Positions 45,801-55,760 of a DNA stretch of 64,000 bases are shown here, piece after piece. Every line of letters starts with the position of its first letter. The first letter of the stretch is position 1. Below the pieces are notes generated by a model. The model saw only the letters and a program-made list of their open reading frames with translations, was not told the origin of the DNA and made no database searches. Origin of the DNA: an uncultured Chthonomonadaceae bacterium (GTDB lineage Bacteria; Armatimonadota; Chthonomonadetes; Chthonomonadales; Chthonomonadaceae); NCBI GenBank assembly GCA_963817895.1, contig CAWFQB010000001.1, forward strand, positions 1,184,001 through 1,248,000, in the 5' to 3' direction. Position numbers and translations under genes: made by a program.

Positions 45801-45860
45801 ATGGTGCTGACTCGCCACAATCAACACTGGCAGATGCTGGAAGCGGCGCTTCCGCTGTGA
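42831..45860 (+). CDS. Large secreted protein with carboxypeptidase-regulatory-like (prealbumin fold) repeats
   Basis: Repeated G.V/L..DGKP..NA.V and TDA.G.F motifs; signal peptide; RBS ggagg. Confidence 0.75.
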   Translation: MRKRKFTSTRFTIKIAAVAPTLLPLTLLANPAVGQSHAQVSVQRVAPTGAAPASSAVSALIPVVGKVALPDGKPAANAQIYVTWSQNDGKQPFHKCVADANGKFETTITPAGNGKTVIVSAILVTALLPGKGIAWTQVTMGNPNLSKVQLNLMPLATLEGRLVHTDGTPNANTEVRVESLLPRVIVRNGVNPGPDTTPGAKANIVSRQAGMQQAGNFFILPLLPPDALAEQFRATTDANGKFTLNGIPRDTAVALKPGGKLAMAAGSANTFAIQDRERQNAGLFVATPTVRVKVRVFDLQTHQPVPQTHVMVAGANPLQNRAMMRVANSMNFSRFVTNASGEMTASDLLPGEYVVNVLGCMKTVHLEAGQDAPTVDIAVRHGFLKGRLLDADGKPVVNADVRLAATGNTNGRVFAFNNNVQFFNGDFGNPESGFTLTPDGKAIPSGFNGAVPTMMSRTDAEGRFTIPNMPWGSPQIRIWATKGNDLAEWSGPASKTDANLTLQLRRNVLMTVSGRLVDPQRRPLSKVTCKTLHWLSSPRSTWFATARDVTTDADGNFKVDGMERGESFSLITVGQSQFSNQLSFTGDSGPSETVSLAQNGGVENALQTLGNLPIVSRHVIPIRQDFELPRFLTCATGDGQSLGEVMVHPQDTPDEVLQSYDGSPGDQPSLPGVVAAPTPADVQAAQSVLARFDTALKTGDVDALTALTSRVSPGWSGNRQAFLQNVSLCGRVNTDEDTPTRALNFVPRSMVAALLKMAPKEAGAERAERVGEAVNAPADWVFLNRQVGDSVVTAGILHREAGEWRVVANHSFAAPIMANEMQTPTAASKWEQTATALTPELQQEARQTGELYMQAWMGADREQMRRLTAPFAALQPGNIERFRHALEHRADDGVCPLDTEEKIALLPVTNLTLWEQDWLKQLTSLNAPMNVDAPANVSVITITNNGSSENVTLVRPAVSTTSTSKPAPEKLAPGHDTAVFRYSAQGRNFLMVLTRHNQHWQMLEAALPL

Positions 45861-46044
45861 GCAGCGACGAAGAGCCTAGCCCAAATGGCCCTCAACCCCT
45901 GACCCCTTCTCCCAACTTTGGGAGAAGGGGAACCTATCGGAATAGGCTCTAAGGGGCCGTAGATGTGTGACTTCCCGCCTGCAAAAGTCGGCGTTCCCGC
46001 CGGTTCGGGAATTTAGACATTTACGGCCCCTGAATGTCTGCGCG

Positions 46045-46641
46045 TCACTGAAGCATGGAAAGCACAACGCCGACAATTTTCTCTACATCGGCGAGAAAGT
46101 AAATGTCACTGTCAACAATTGCGTTGGTTCCCTCGAGTCGCAGAAACTTCCACTCCGTTCCCGAAGTCACGACGCCATAAAGTGTTGCGATAGACTGTCC
46201 CTGAGCCGCGTTGAACATCTGCGCGGCGACCAATTCCGCAAGACACTGCGGAATGCCCGCGTTGATGTCCTCTTTCTTTGCCTCGACGATAGAAACAATT
46301 GGAGCAAGAATATAGGGCGTATGCGGCGAAAGAGTAAACAGATAGTCACAGAAGCCCGCCAATCCCCGCTTCTTATCCATGTTGAACTCAATGCCGGAGA
46401 ACAGCGTAGCGCGATCCTGCGCCTGTTCGTAGACCTCTGTTAAAATGGGCGCAATGAAATATTCGGAACGGGCTTTCTCGCTTCCGCTTCGTAACGCTGT
46501 CTCGCGGTTCCTCGCCAGTATCTGGCGCAGGAGATCGGAGACAGGAACAGGCAGAATACCGGCGAACAGCCCGGATTTATCCGTGATTGCCAACTGATAC
46601 TCCTGCCGCAGTTTGTTCATCGTGAATTTATTGTAGGCCAT
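46045..46641 (-). CDS. PD-(D/E)XK restriction-endonuclease-fold hypothetical protein
   Basis: SEKARSEYFIAPIL, G.CDY, IVEAKK, QCLAEL, YGVVTSG.EW.FL. Confidence 0.7.
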   Translation of the reverse strand: MAYNKFTMNKLRQEYQLAITDKSGLFAGILPVPVSDLLRQILARNRETALRSGSEKARSEYFIAPILTEVYEQAQDRATLFSGIEFNMDKKRGLAGFCDYLFTLSPHTPYILAPIVSIVEAKKEDINAGIPQCLAELVAAQMFNAAQGQSIATLYGVVTSGTEWKFLRLEGTNAIVDSDIYFLADVEKIVGVVLSMLQ

Positions 46642-46810
46642 CTGGCGAGTTCCTCGATAACAGATTTTCTTGAGTATACCCTGTCGTGAAGAGCAAGAGG
46701 ACAACCCCCGCCGGATAGCCCACGCCTACTGCATCGCGCCCTGCCCGAACCAAACTGGCTCACCAACGCATACAAAAAAGCGTCTGCCACTTTATGTCTC
46801 TCGCGCCACT

Positions 46811-46820
46811 GTGGTATAAT
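46811..46820 (+). promoter_or_regulatory. Extended -10 promoter element of the TA operon
   Basis: TGGTATAAT followed by RBS aaaggagg and the antitoxin start. Confidence 0.65.
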
Positions 46821-46841
46821 GAGCCAAAGGAGGCATAAGTC

Positions 46842-47075
46842 ATGTATCAAATCACACTCAATGAAGCCACAGAACGCTTGCCGGAATTGGTACGCGAACT
46901 CAAGCAGGGCGATGAGGTTATTCTGATGGAAAACGAAATGCCTCTCGCGCGTCTTCTGCCAGTGGAACCGAAACTGCCACGCCCGCAAGCGCAACGCGGC
47001 AGCCACAAAGGAGAAATTCTCTACATGGCTCCCGACTTCGACGCCACACCGGAAGGTTTCGAGGATTATCTGTGA
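46842..47075 (+). CDS. Phd/YefM-like antitoxin
   Basis: ITLNEA...LPELV..L..G.EVIL......ARL.P...R.GS.KG.I...PDFD...EGF.DY. Confidence 0.85.
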   Translation: MYQITLNEATERLPELVRELKQGDEVILMENEMPLARLLPVEPKLPRPQAQRGSHKGEILYMAPDFDATPEGFEDYL

Positions 47076-47459
47076 TGCCGCTCATCCTTGACAGCCATGC
47101 CCTGCTCTGGTTCGCTGATGACGATCCGCAGTTACCCGATGCCGCTAAACTCCTCATCGAAAACCCTAACAACATCAAATACGTCAGCCTGATGAGCATT
47201 TGGGAAATCGCTATCAAATCAGCAAGCGGCAACCTCAAGTTAAAACGGGAAGCGGGCGTTTACCTTGCCGATGTCATGGCAAAGAACGGTTTCCTCCTGC
47301 TGAGTCCAACCTACGCCCACGCCATTCTTGCGGCGAGTTTGCCCCTGCATCACAAAGATCCTTTTGACCGTTCTCATTGCCCGGAGTTTGCATGAGAACA
47401 TGGCAATCATCAGCGCAGACGTGATTTTCGATGCTTACAGCGTAACGCGCATCTGGTAG
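47075..47459 (+). CDS. PIN-domain VapC toxin; indel near 47372
   Basis: ILDSHALLW, VS..SIWEIAIK, LPLHHKDPFDR, then IISAD.IFDAY.V.RIW in the shifted frame. Confidence 0.88.
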
Positions 47460-47657
47460 CCACACCGCCCCGCCCGCCGGACAGACTGCGGCCCACCTAC
47501 CGCCTCGCGCCCTGCCGCAGCAAACCGCCTCGCCAATTCACACGAAAAAACTCTCCTCGCAACAGATTTTTCATTTCTTCAATGGTATAAGGAGGACTTC
47601 GACGGTGAATCATTGTATGACAATTTGGGCAGACAGGGCGCAAATCCGTGATTGGTT

Positions 47658-49016
47658 TTACAAACTATACCCTGCGCGATATGTGGGCTTGATGATGGAC
47701 GCGACGTTTCCGGCGTTTTTGGCGCGGAGATGTTTCGCGTCCCATTCCACTTTGGGGCCTTTGCCACTATCGGCGGGCCACACGGCGAGATTGCCGAGCA
47801 GGATGGTTTCCGCGAGTGGCCCCGCGTAGTTGGGGAAGTTGGACATGGCCGGTTCCGCGTTGTTGGTGCGGATGGCGCGGATGAACTCCTCCCAGTGGCC
47901 GGGCGACATGGGAAACTCTACCGTTCCCACATCCACGCCGCCTACGACATGCCCGCCCGCGCCGCCGTCACCCGGCGAGTACAATTTGCCTTTTGTGCCT
48001 ACGAACAGCGAACCGCTGTCCGGCAGTTTGCCCTCGTTGAGCAGGTCAGAAAAACCCGCGTCCTGAAACAAATCCAGTGAAGGCTTGTTGCCGCCATCGT
48101 ACCATGTCAGCGTGATGGGCGGACGGTCGCCAAGTGTGCCGAATTCGTACACGATGCGGGACGCTTTGGGGTAGCTGTCTTTATTGTGCGTGGACGTTTC
48201 GGCCTGTACGCTCAGGGGGTCGCGCAGGTTCAGCGCCATGAAGGGCAGGTTTACGTCGTGGCAGGCCATGTCGCCTAATGCGCCCGTGCCAAAGTCCCAC
48301 CATCCGCGCCATTTGAAATCGTGGTAGTTGTCGCTATAGGAACGCATTTTGGCGGGGCCGATCCACAGTTCCCAATCCAGATAGGCGGGAACAGGCTTTT
48401 CCGCGCTGCGAGCAATCCCCTGCGGCCAGATGGGGCGATTGGTCCAGACATGGACTTCCGTGACCGCGCCGATTGCGCCCGCCCGTATCTTGTAGGCGTT
48501 GCGGCGCATGGAGTTGTCGGCGGTTCCCTGATTGCCCATCTGCGTCGCCACCTTCATCTTGTGGGCCAGTTCGGACAAATGGCGAACTTCATAAACAGAA
48601 TGGGCAAGCGGTTTCTGGCAGTACACGGCTTTGTTCATGTGCATCGCCATTGCCGCTGCGGGCGCGTGGGAATGGTCGGGGATGCTGACCGTAACGGCGT
48701 CTATCTGCTTGTTCATGTCGTCGAGCATTTTGCGCCAGTCTTTGTAAGTTTTGGCGTTGGGGTATTTGGCGGACGCTTTCGCCAGCGTCCGCGCGTCCAC
48801 ATCGCAGATAGCGACAATGTTGCCGTGCGTGTTCGCGTCTACGGCGTCACTTTCGCCTTTGCCTCCCACGCCGATGCAGGCGATGCTGATCTGATTGTTG
48901 GGCGATTTGTTTTCGGGCTTGCCCTCCTGCGCCCACGCGCGCTGCCCCACCCACACGCTGAACCCGCCCGCAAGACCGGTTTTCAGCAATTCCCGCCGAT
49001 TGGCTTTGTAACTCAT
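47658..49016 (-). CDS. Gfo/Idh/MocA oxidoreductase with Tat signal
   Basis: NRRELLK, IGVGGKG, PDHSH, VYCQKPL, TQMGNQ, WRGWWDFGTGALGDMACH. Confidence 0.92.
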   Translation of the reverse strand: MSYKANRRELLKTGLAGGFSVWVGQRAWAQEGKPENKSPNNQISIACIGVGGKGESDAVDANTHGNIVAICDVDARTLAKASAKYPNAKTYKDWRKMLDDMNKQIDAVTVSIPDHSHAPAAAMAMHMNKAVYCQKPLAHSVYEVRHLSELAHKMKVATQMGNQGTADNSMRRNAYKIRAGAIGAVTEVHVWTNRPIWPQGIARSAEKPVPAYLDWELWIGPAKMRSYSDNYHDFKWRGWWDFGTGALGDMACHDVNLPFMALNLRDPLSVQAETSTHNKDSYPKASRIVYEFGTLGDRPPITLTWYDGGNKPSLDLFQDAGFSDLLNEGKLPDSGSLFVGTKGKLYSPGDGGAGGHVVGGVDVGTVEFPMSPGHWEEFIRAIRTNNAEPAMSNFPNYAGPLAETILLGNLAVWPADSGKGPKVEWDAKHLRAKNAGNVASIIKPTYRAGYSL

Positions 49017-49132
49017 AATGTTGTCTCCAAATTGTCTTTGTGTACGCGACTTTTCAGCCACGCTGTAACACAGTCGTCTGGCAGTGTTGTTCGACAACAA
49101 TAGTCGGATTCCTTTGTGAGTTGGGTTTTAGT

Positions 49133-50434
49133 TTATTTCGTCAGGCTAAATCGGTTTCTGAACTCGTATTTTGCCCATCGGCTTGCGCGGTATTCTTCCT
49201 GTATTGTCAATTTGCCCACGTCCAGAATGAGGCGCAGCCGAACTTCGCGGTCGTGGGCTATGTCGGTTCCCTGAAACGCCACTTCGTTGAGGGAAAGCCG
49301 TATCAACGCGCCCTCTCCCGCCAGTCCATGCGAACTTTGCGGCCCCGCGTTTTTGACGAGAAACAGGCCCGTTCGCGGATTGCGGCTAAAGGTTGTGATG
49401 TCTACATTGGCAGTGCCTTTGTAGGTGGCGGTGAATTGCAGCGTATTGCCCTGATTTTCAGTGGTGGCGATTACCGTTGTCGGATAGATGAAATGCTGCC
49501 GGGTTTTGTCATCGGCGTACTCAAGACGGCCCTGCCACGTTCCCCCGAGCGCGGCAAACAACCGGCGTTGCTCATCCCGGTTTAATGACTGTGGAGTAAA
49601 AAAATAGTTTGCTACAATCCCAGCAAGAATGAAGAAACCGATGACCGATCCAGCCCATAATCCAGTCGCCTGCCTGCGAGTGGGACGCAACGCGGCCCGT
49701 TTTACAATGTTCGCTACACCGTTTGCTGTTGACGGCGCGGCTCCCATTGCGCCTGCCCGTATCCCGACTTCATAAATACCGGTGGGAATGGCCTGCGCGG
49801 TCTGCGCGTCCCACAGTTCTGTAAGCGCGGCAATGCTAACGACGATACCCGTTTTGCCAAGATGCCCGCGCATTTTCTCCAGAGCGCGCGTGACGCGCAT
49901 CCGCGCCGTGTTCTCGGAAATTCCAAAACACGCCCCAATTTCCGCAAGGCTCTGTTCCTGTACAAATCGCAGCAGGATGGCTTCGCGATCTACAGGCTTG
50001 AGTTGCGCAAGCGCGTCATGGAGATGTGGCTCGATGCGTTCCCAACTTGCGTCCTCCGCGTTTTGCGAAACGACCTCCTGAACCGCCTGAAGTTCCGTTC
50101 GCTGCCGCCTGCGCTCCTGCTTCATCAGGTTGCGGGCAACATAGCGGGACGCGCTGTACAGCCACCCGGCAAGCGTTTCACAGCGTTTCAATGCGCCCGC
50201 CTTTCGACTCAACAGCAGAAACACGCCCTGCGCCGCATCCTCGGCCAGCGTTCGATCCTGCGTTTCGCGCAGGCAGGTGGCGTAAATCAGGCGTGCGTAA
50301 CGGCGAACCAGTTCGGAGAACGCGGATTGGAAACCCGCCTCGGCATACAAGCGAATCAATTCGCTGTCAGCCTTACCCTTCAGCGCGTCCGGTGTTATCG
50401 GTATGGATAATTGTGGTTGTGGTTGTGCCTGCAT
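49133..50434 (-). CDS. ECF sigma factor with a TM helix and extracytoplasmic C-terminal domain
   Basis: AFSELVRRY, AEDAAQGVFLLL, LAGWLY, DREAILLRF..SLAEIG...ENTARMRV.RALEK; TM GLWAGSVIGFFILAGIVA. Confidence 0.9.
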   Translation of the reverse strand: MQAQPQPQLSIPITPDALKGKADSELIRLYAEAGFQSAFSELVRRYARLIYATCLRETQDRTLAEDAAQGVFLLLSRKAGALKRCETLAGWLYSASRYVARNLMKQERRRQRTELQAVQEVVSQNAEDASWERIEPHLHDALAQLKPVDREAILLRFVQEQSLAEIGACFGISENTARMRVTRALEKMRGHLGKTGIVVSIAALTELWDAQTAQAIPTGIYEVGIRAGAMGAAPSTANGVANIVKRAALRPTRRQATGLWAGSVIGFFILAGIVANYFFTPQSLNRDEQRRLFAALGGTWQGRLEYADDKTRQHFIYPTTVIATTENQGNTLQFTATYKGTANVDITTFSRNPRTGLFLVKNAGPQSSHGLAGEGALIRLSLNEVAFQGTDIAHDREVRLRLILDVGKLTIQEEYRASRWAKYEFRNRFSLTK

Positions 50435-51264
50435 AGTCGCGTTATTTGGTTCCGTTACTTGGTTCCGTGGACGGGTATAATGGCGCAGCCAATCGCTTTG
50501 CCGACTTTCAGCGTGACTGGCTTGCCTGCCGCAAGGTCCTGAAGCGCCTGCCGCAGATAGGATTTCTGAACCCGCTTTTCCGTTACATTGTCGTCAAATC
50601 CGCCCCGATACCGCAGCTTGCCATCATGATCGAGAACGGCAAACGTCAGCGATTGCTTGATTTGAAAAGACTCTGCAAGCAAACCGTCCGCATCGTCCGC
50701 AAACGTCATTTTCAGATAACCGGCTTCGGCCAGCGTGATCGGCGCACCGGGCTTTTCCCTGCGTCCGCAGCGTATACCGAGAAACGCAAACCCTTTGCCC
50801 TCGAACTCCTTCTGAAGTTGCTGTAGTCGCTGCTTGTAATAATATGTGACGCCGCACTGTTCGCTGAAAAAGAACAGCACCCGCATTTTATCCCTGTTCC
50901 AATCGGAAAGCGCCACAGTGTTTGGGCTGTGATTGGCGCGTATTTCCGGCAGAGTGTAGTTCAGGGTAACAGGCAGATCCATCTGCGCCGATGAAGGGCG
51001 GGCTTCTCCTGTCGGCGCATTCTGCGCAAGGCATGTAGGCCTGCCTGAAATTTGGCTGTCCGTCGAAGCCGCGCATGTGTTCGCTTGCAGTTTTCCGCTT
51101 GCCGATGTTTTGCCGCCGTCAGCAGGGGCGGCCTTCTTGTTGCTGTTAGCGGCTGCCGGAGGAGTTTGCGCCTGCGGTTCCACGGCTTTCGGTTCGGGCG
51201 CATAGCGGATGCCCACCACTGCAACCCGAACCTCAATTTTGTTGCCCACCAGATTTTCGGGAAT

Positions 51265-52328
51265 AGATACTCCGACAAATAAGTTTGGATTTATTCTTGG
51301 CGCGGGTAGAATAGACGTATGAACCTTCACGAACTTGGCCGCTATCCCGAAAACAAAGTCCGTTCGCTCTTCGGACTACCCCACGCCGCCTTAGCTGAAC
51401 TCTTCCTGGCAGCGCTTCCCGAAATCGAGCGCCGTCGCCAACAAGAACAGGCCAACAAGCCCACGCGCCGCCGCAAGGTGGGAGGCGGCCGCAAACGCCT
51501 GCTCAAGCCCTACCAGGAAGTGTTGCTGACGCTGCTGTACCTGCGCCACAACGTCGCCTTCTCTGTGGTGGGCATGCTGTTTGGCGTCAGCGCCGATGTG
51601 GCGGAGAACACCTTCCATGAGATTGTCGGCGTCCTCAAAGACGTGTGTCCGGCCAACCGCTGGGAAGCGGAGAAACGCTGGACCAAGAAAGAACCCTCCT
51701 GGAAGCCCGAGGAGGTGGATCAGGTGATTGTGGATAGTTTCGAGACGCCGGTTCCGCGTCCCTCGATTGAACCCAAGCAACGCGCCTTCTACTCGGGCAA
51801 GAAGAAAGACCACACGCTCAAGACCGAGGTCATCACCAACCGCAATGGCGACATTCTTGATGTGGATGCGGGCTATCGCGGCCCGAAGTCGGACAAGAAA
51901 GTGCATGAGCAGAGTACGGTTGCCAAGCAGTTTCCCCATGCGACGGTCAAAGGCGATCTGGCCTATCAAGGCTTACCCCACAGCGAAGTGCCGCACAAGA
52001 AGCCACGCGGAGGCGCGTTGAGCGCTGTGCAGAAAGAAGAGAACCGCGCCTTTTCCTCAGGGCGTGTGCGTGTCGAACATAGTATCCGGCGCGTCAAAGC
52101 GTTTCGGATGGTGCGTGATGAATATCGTCTGGCGACGGGATTGTTCCGTCGCACTTGCTTCTGTGTGGTGGGTCTGGTGCAATTGATCGCGCTGACACGC
52201 GAGCCGCAAGGCGCGTAAGCCGGGAAAAGTAAACGCGGAAAAAGGGTTTTCGACGGGTGGAGTGTGTCTGCTCCACCTGAGCGCTAGCCTGCCTCAAAAC
52301 AGCCTATATACTATTTGTCGGAGTATCT
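51265..52328 (+). mobile_element. IS5-family (ISL2-like) insertion sequence
   Basis: Perfect 17-bp IR agatactccgacaaata; AAT duplication at 51262-64 and 52329-31 (a TA duplication with 1-bp-shorter ends is an alternative reading). Confidence 0.92.
51319..52218 (+). CDS. Transposase (HTH + DDE)
   Basis: GGGRK..L, LLTLLYLR, IVDSFE.P..RP, YSGKKK.HTLK, GDLAYQG, RVRVEH.I.R.K.FR. Confidence 0.93.
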   Translation: MNLHELGRYPENKVRSLFGLPHAALAELFLAALPEIERRRQQEQANKPTRRRKVGGGRKRLLKPYQEVLLTLLYLRHNVAFSVVGMLFGVSADVAENTFHEIVGVLKDVCPANRWEAEKRWTKKEPSWKPEEVDQVIVDSFETPVPRPSIEPKQRAFYSGKKKDHTLKTEVITNRNGDILDVDAGYRGPKSDKKVHEQSTVAKQFPHATVKGDLAYQGLPHSEVPHKKPRGGALSAVQKEENRAFSSGRVRVEHSIRRVKAFRMVRDEYRLATGLFRRTCFCVVGLVQLIALTREPQGA

Positions 52329-53133
52329 AATGCCTTCGCTGATGCCATATTGTGAGCGGCTGACACTGAAGTTGGTACGCAATACGAGAATGTCGCCTTT
52401 GTACTGTCCATTAGTCCGCTCTTCGGCCTTACCCGGATAGTAACTTGCCGTCACGGGAACCGTAAGCGGAACCGTCACGCCCCGGCACGTAAAATCCGCC
52501 TGCACGGTCGCCTTAAACACGCCGGGAGTCGGATGTGTCACACGCAGCACTTTGCGCAGCGTGAAGAATATCTGCGGGTACTTTGCGCCATTGAGCGCGA
52601 AGCCCCGCGCCGTCGCCGTGTAGCCCTCATTGGCAAACTGAACGCTGGATACGTCTACGGCAATTTTGCCCGTCGTCGCAAGGGGGTTTTCGGGATCGAA
52701 ATTCACGTTTCCGGAGATGCCTTTGGCCCAACCGACAATCGGTTCCAGCATGGAATCAATGGTAAGGCTGATGGCGCTGATGGATTTCGGGTCTTTGAAA
52801 TTAAAGCCCGAAGCGTCAGCTTCACTTTGAGCGTTCGCGAACAACATGGCAAATACCCCCAACATGAGCATGGTTTTGTAGAACATGGCTAACTTTGAAA
52901 ACATTGAGACACTCCTGATTGTGTAATCATAGCCCTTCACGAAATGGCGCGAAGGCAAGTACACAAAGGAATGTACGCTCAGGGGCAAAACCGCACAAAC
53001 ATAAAATAAAATTACAGGGAAATTTTTCAGGAAGCGCTACGAAGTCGGGAAATTTCGCGCAACGCGCGAATTGGGCGTAAAAGTGGTAATGTTTCCAGTG
53101 GTAATGACTATACTAATTTTCAGGAGTTTGCAC

Positions 53134-54246
53134 ATGTCTTCCACCATCAACATTGGTATCATCGGTTCCGGCTTCATTGCCGATATTCATGCCCATGCCA
53201 TTCGGCATTTCGTGCCGGACGCGAAAGTCGTTGCTGTAGCGTCGCCCACTCCCGGCAAAGCCTCCTCATTTGCCGGTTCGCGCGACATTCCGAACGCTTT
53301 TGAGAATTACCGCGACCTGCTTGCCATGCCGGAAATTGATCTGGTCACGCTGGCTCTGCCCAATGACCTGCACTGTCAAATCGCGCTGGACGCGGCGCGG
53401 GCGGGCAAGCATATCCTGTGTGAAAAACCGCTGTGCCGCACTATGGAAGAAGCGGATCAAATGATTGCCGCGTGTCGGGAAGCGGGCGTCCTCCTATTGT
53501 ACGCAGAAGAGTTGCTGTATGCGCCCAAATATGTTCGCGCCCGCCAACTTGTGGAGGAGGGCGCGTTGGGGCGGGCGTTTCTGGTCAAGCAGTGGGAGGA
53601 GCATTTCGGGCCGCACGAAGCGTGGTTCTGGGACGTGAACCGTTCGGGCGGCGGCGTATTGCTGGACATGGGCTGCCACTCCATCGAGTACGCGCGGTGG
53701 GTGTTTGGCAAGCCGCCAATCAAAAGCGTGTCGGCCACATTGGGAACGTATGTGCATGGCGATAAAACGCGGGGCGAAGACCATTCTATCGTGATTGTGG
53801 AGTACGAGGGGAACCGCGTCGGCATGGCGGAAAACTCGTGGGCCAAACCGGGCGGCGTGGATGACCGCTGCGAAATCTACGGCTCACGGGGCCATACTCG
53901 CGCCGACCTGCTGCGCGGCAACGCCCTTGTCACCTACAGCGATGTGGGCTACGGCTACGCGACCGAGAAGATGGACCTTACAACCGGATGGACTTACACC
54001 ATGTTCGAGGAGGTCTGGAACTACGGCTTCCCGCAGGAGTTGAACGCGGCGGTACACGCCGTTCAGGGCAAAATCACGCCTGTAGAAACGGGAGAAGACG
54101 GGCGCGAAGTCTTGAAAATTATCTATGCCTCCTATCAGTCTATGGGCGAAGGCCGTAAAATCAACTGGCCCTACGAAGTGCCGGAATGGGCCGGAAACGA
54201 ATCGCCCATTGTGTTGTGGAAACCGGAATTGAGGCAGAACAAGTAG
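53134..54246 (+). CDS. Gfo/Idh/MocA oxidoreductase (cytoplasmic)
   Basis: IGIIGSGFIA, PNDLH, GKHILCEKP, SGGGVLLDMGCH. Confidence 0.92.
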   Translation: MSSTINIGIIGSGFIADIHAHAIRHFVPDAKVVAVASPTPGKASSFAGSRDIPNAFENYRDLLAMPEIDLVTLALPNDLHCQIALDAARAGKHILCEKPLCRTMEEADQMIAACREAGVLLLYAEELLYAPKYVRARQLVEEGALGRAFLVKQWEEHFGPHEAWFWDVNRSGGGVLLDMGCHSIEYARWVFGKPPIKSVSATLGTYVHGDKTRGEDHSIVIVEYEGNRVGMAENSWAKPGGVDDRCEIYGSRGHTRADLLRGNALVTYSDVGYGYATEKMDLTTGWTYTMFEEVWNYGFPQELNAAVHAVQGKITPVETGEDGREVLKIIYASYQSMGEGRKINWPYEVPEWAGNESPIVLWKPELRQNK

Positions 54247-54349
54247 CCGGAAAAATGTTTACGTGACAGAACTAATTTGCCCGCCAAAAGGTTAAGAGGG
54301 TGGAACTACACAATTTCGATCAACCTTTGAGATCAGGAGAAACACCCTT

Positions 54350-55165
54350 ATGAATACCAAACCCCGTTTTGTCCTCGCGGGACTGAGCGCCTGCGCGCTG
54401 ACGTTTACCGCGATGCTTGCAGTTCGCGCCTTGCCCTTCGACAGCAAGAACAAAGACGCTAAAACCGGCGCGGCTGCGAGCAGTGGTTCGCCCGTTATCG
54501 TGGAACTGTTCACTTCGGAGGGATGTTCCAGTTGCCCGTCCGCCGACAAAGCGCTTGCCGACTTGAAGCGGACGCAGCCGGTCAAAGGGGCGCGAATTCT
54601 GGTATTGAGTGAACACGTAGACTACTGGAACAACATCGGCTGGCGCGATCCGTTTTCCAATTCCGCGTTTACCGCCCGACAGTACGAATACGGGCGCAGG
54701 TTCCGGTTGGACGGCGTGTACACGCCGCAGGCCATCGTAGATGGAACCGCGCAAATGGTCGGCAGCGAGCGCGACAATCTGGAAACCGCCATTGAAAAGT
54801 CCGTTCGGGGCTACAAGGCCGAAGTGACCGTTTCGCCCGAACCGAACGCGCCCAACAAAGTGCATGTCACGGTCAGCCGCCCGTCCACGAACGACGCGGA
54901 TGTGATGCTCGCCATTACGGAAGACAACCTGACCAGTAATGTGTCGCGGGGCGAAAACTCCGGGCGCAAATTATCGCATGTGGGCGTGGTTCGCGAACTG
55001 CGCAAAATCGGCAGCATTTCCGGCAAGGAAACCTTCGCCACAAGCGCGTCTCTGGAATTGCAAAGCGGCTGGAAAAAGGGCGACATGGAAGCCGTTGTTT
55101 TCGTGCAGGAGCGCGACAGCCGCCGGATTGTGGGCGCGAACACGTTGAAGTTGGGAACGGAGTAG
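54350..55165 (+). CDS. DUF1223 thioredoxin-like secreted protein
   Basis: VELFTSEGCSSCPSAD, HVDYWN..GW.DPFS, VYTPQ, V.RGEN.G..L.H. Confidence 0.93.
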   Translation: MNTKPRFVLAGLSACALTFTAMLAVRALPFDSKNKDAKTGAAASSGSPVIVELFTSEGCSSCPSADKALADLKRTQPVKGARILVLSEHVDYWNNIGWRDPFSNSAFTARQYEYGRRFRLDGVYTPQAIVDGTAQMVGSERDNLETAIEKSVRGYKAEVTVSPEPNAPNKVHVTVSRPSTNDADVMLAITEDNLTSNVSRGENSGRKLSHVGVVRELRKIGSISGKETFATSASLELQSGWKKGDMEAVVFVQERDSRRIVGANTLKLGTE

Positions 55166-55248
55166 TTCCCTTTCGGTGTTCAGGTGTTTAGGTGTTCGGG
55201 TATTCAGGCGCGGACATGCTGAAATCGCGAGTGCAATAGCCACAGCAT

Positions 55249-55760
55249 AATTCAAGGGAACATCAAACAGCGGCGCGGCGTCAAACCAATACCAATTCCA
55301 ACTCATGACGGTTCGGATAGGAGAGTAAGCTCATGACCGTATTGATACCGGTGATTCTCGTGGCAATCGCCTACTTTGACAGCAAATCTTGGCTTTAAGT
55401 CATTACTTGCGTTCCTCATTTCTCCGGCAGTAGTGAACGTTTTACAATTCCATCTTTTCTGCCGGACAAAACGCCCCCTTTATGTTATATAAAGGGGGCG
55501 TTTTCGGGTGTTCAAGAACTGAATTGCAAGTCGTTCGCGCAAAAGCAAGCGTGTCAGGGACTTACGGACAAATAGTTGTTCCAGTCCGCGCAGGCGGACT
55601 TCGTTATCACAGCCGCGCAAAAGATTAAAATTGGTTTTGCGCGGACGCTCATGGGACGGCGAAGAACGCGATGTGGAAGTACTGGCGCTGGAAGGCGCTC
55701 CCCTGATCGGCATGACGCTGTTAAAAGGCTACGATATCAAATGAAAAATGATGGTCGCCA
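55249..55760 (+). pseudogene. Decayed clan AA aspartic protease (AF_0612-like) fragments
   Basis: IDTG at about 55340 and WDGEERDVEVLALEGAPLIGMTLLKGYD at 55652-55735, separated by hairpin/REP-like insertions. Confidence 0.6.
55468..55504. terminator. Hairpin with AT-rich loop
   Basis: aaaacgccccctttat ... ataaagggggcgtttt. Confidence 0.6.

Larger units (their letters stand above)
50455..52903 (-). pseudogene. YceI-like + thioredoxin-fold (redoxin) fusion gene split by an IS5-family element; start approximate
   Basis: YceI-like half (G.V.FDP..P....G.I.VD.SS..., F.VSRSQYGI) and redoxin half (LRYRGGFDD, YLRQAL..L.AG.PV, GCAI) rejoin in frame as QYGISEGI-PENLVGNKIEV. Confidence 0.82.

Noticed and set aside
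50455..51330. 291-aa ORF starting at 51330 as a complete gene
   Set aside because: Its first 22 codons are IS sequence; it is the 3' half of the split YceI-redoxin gene
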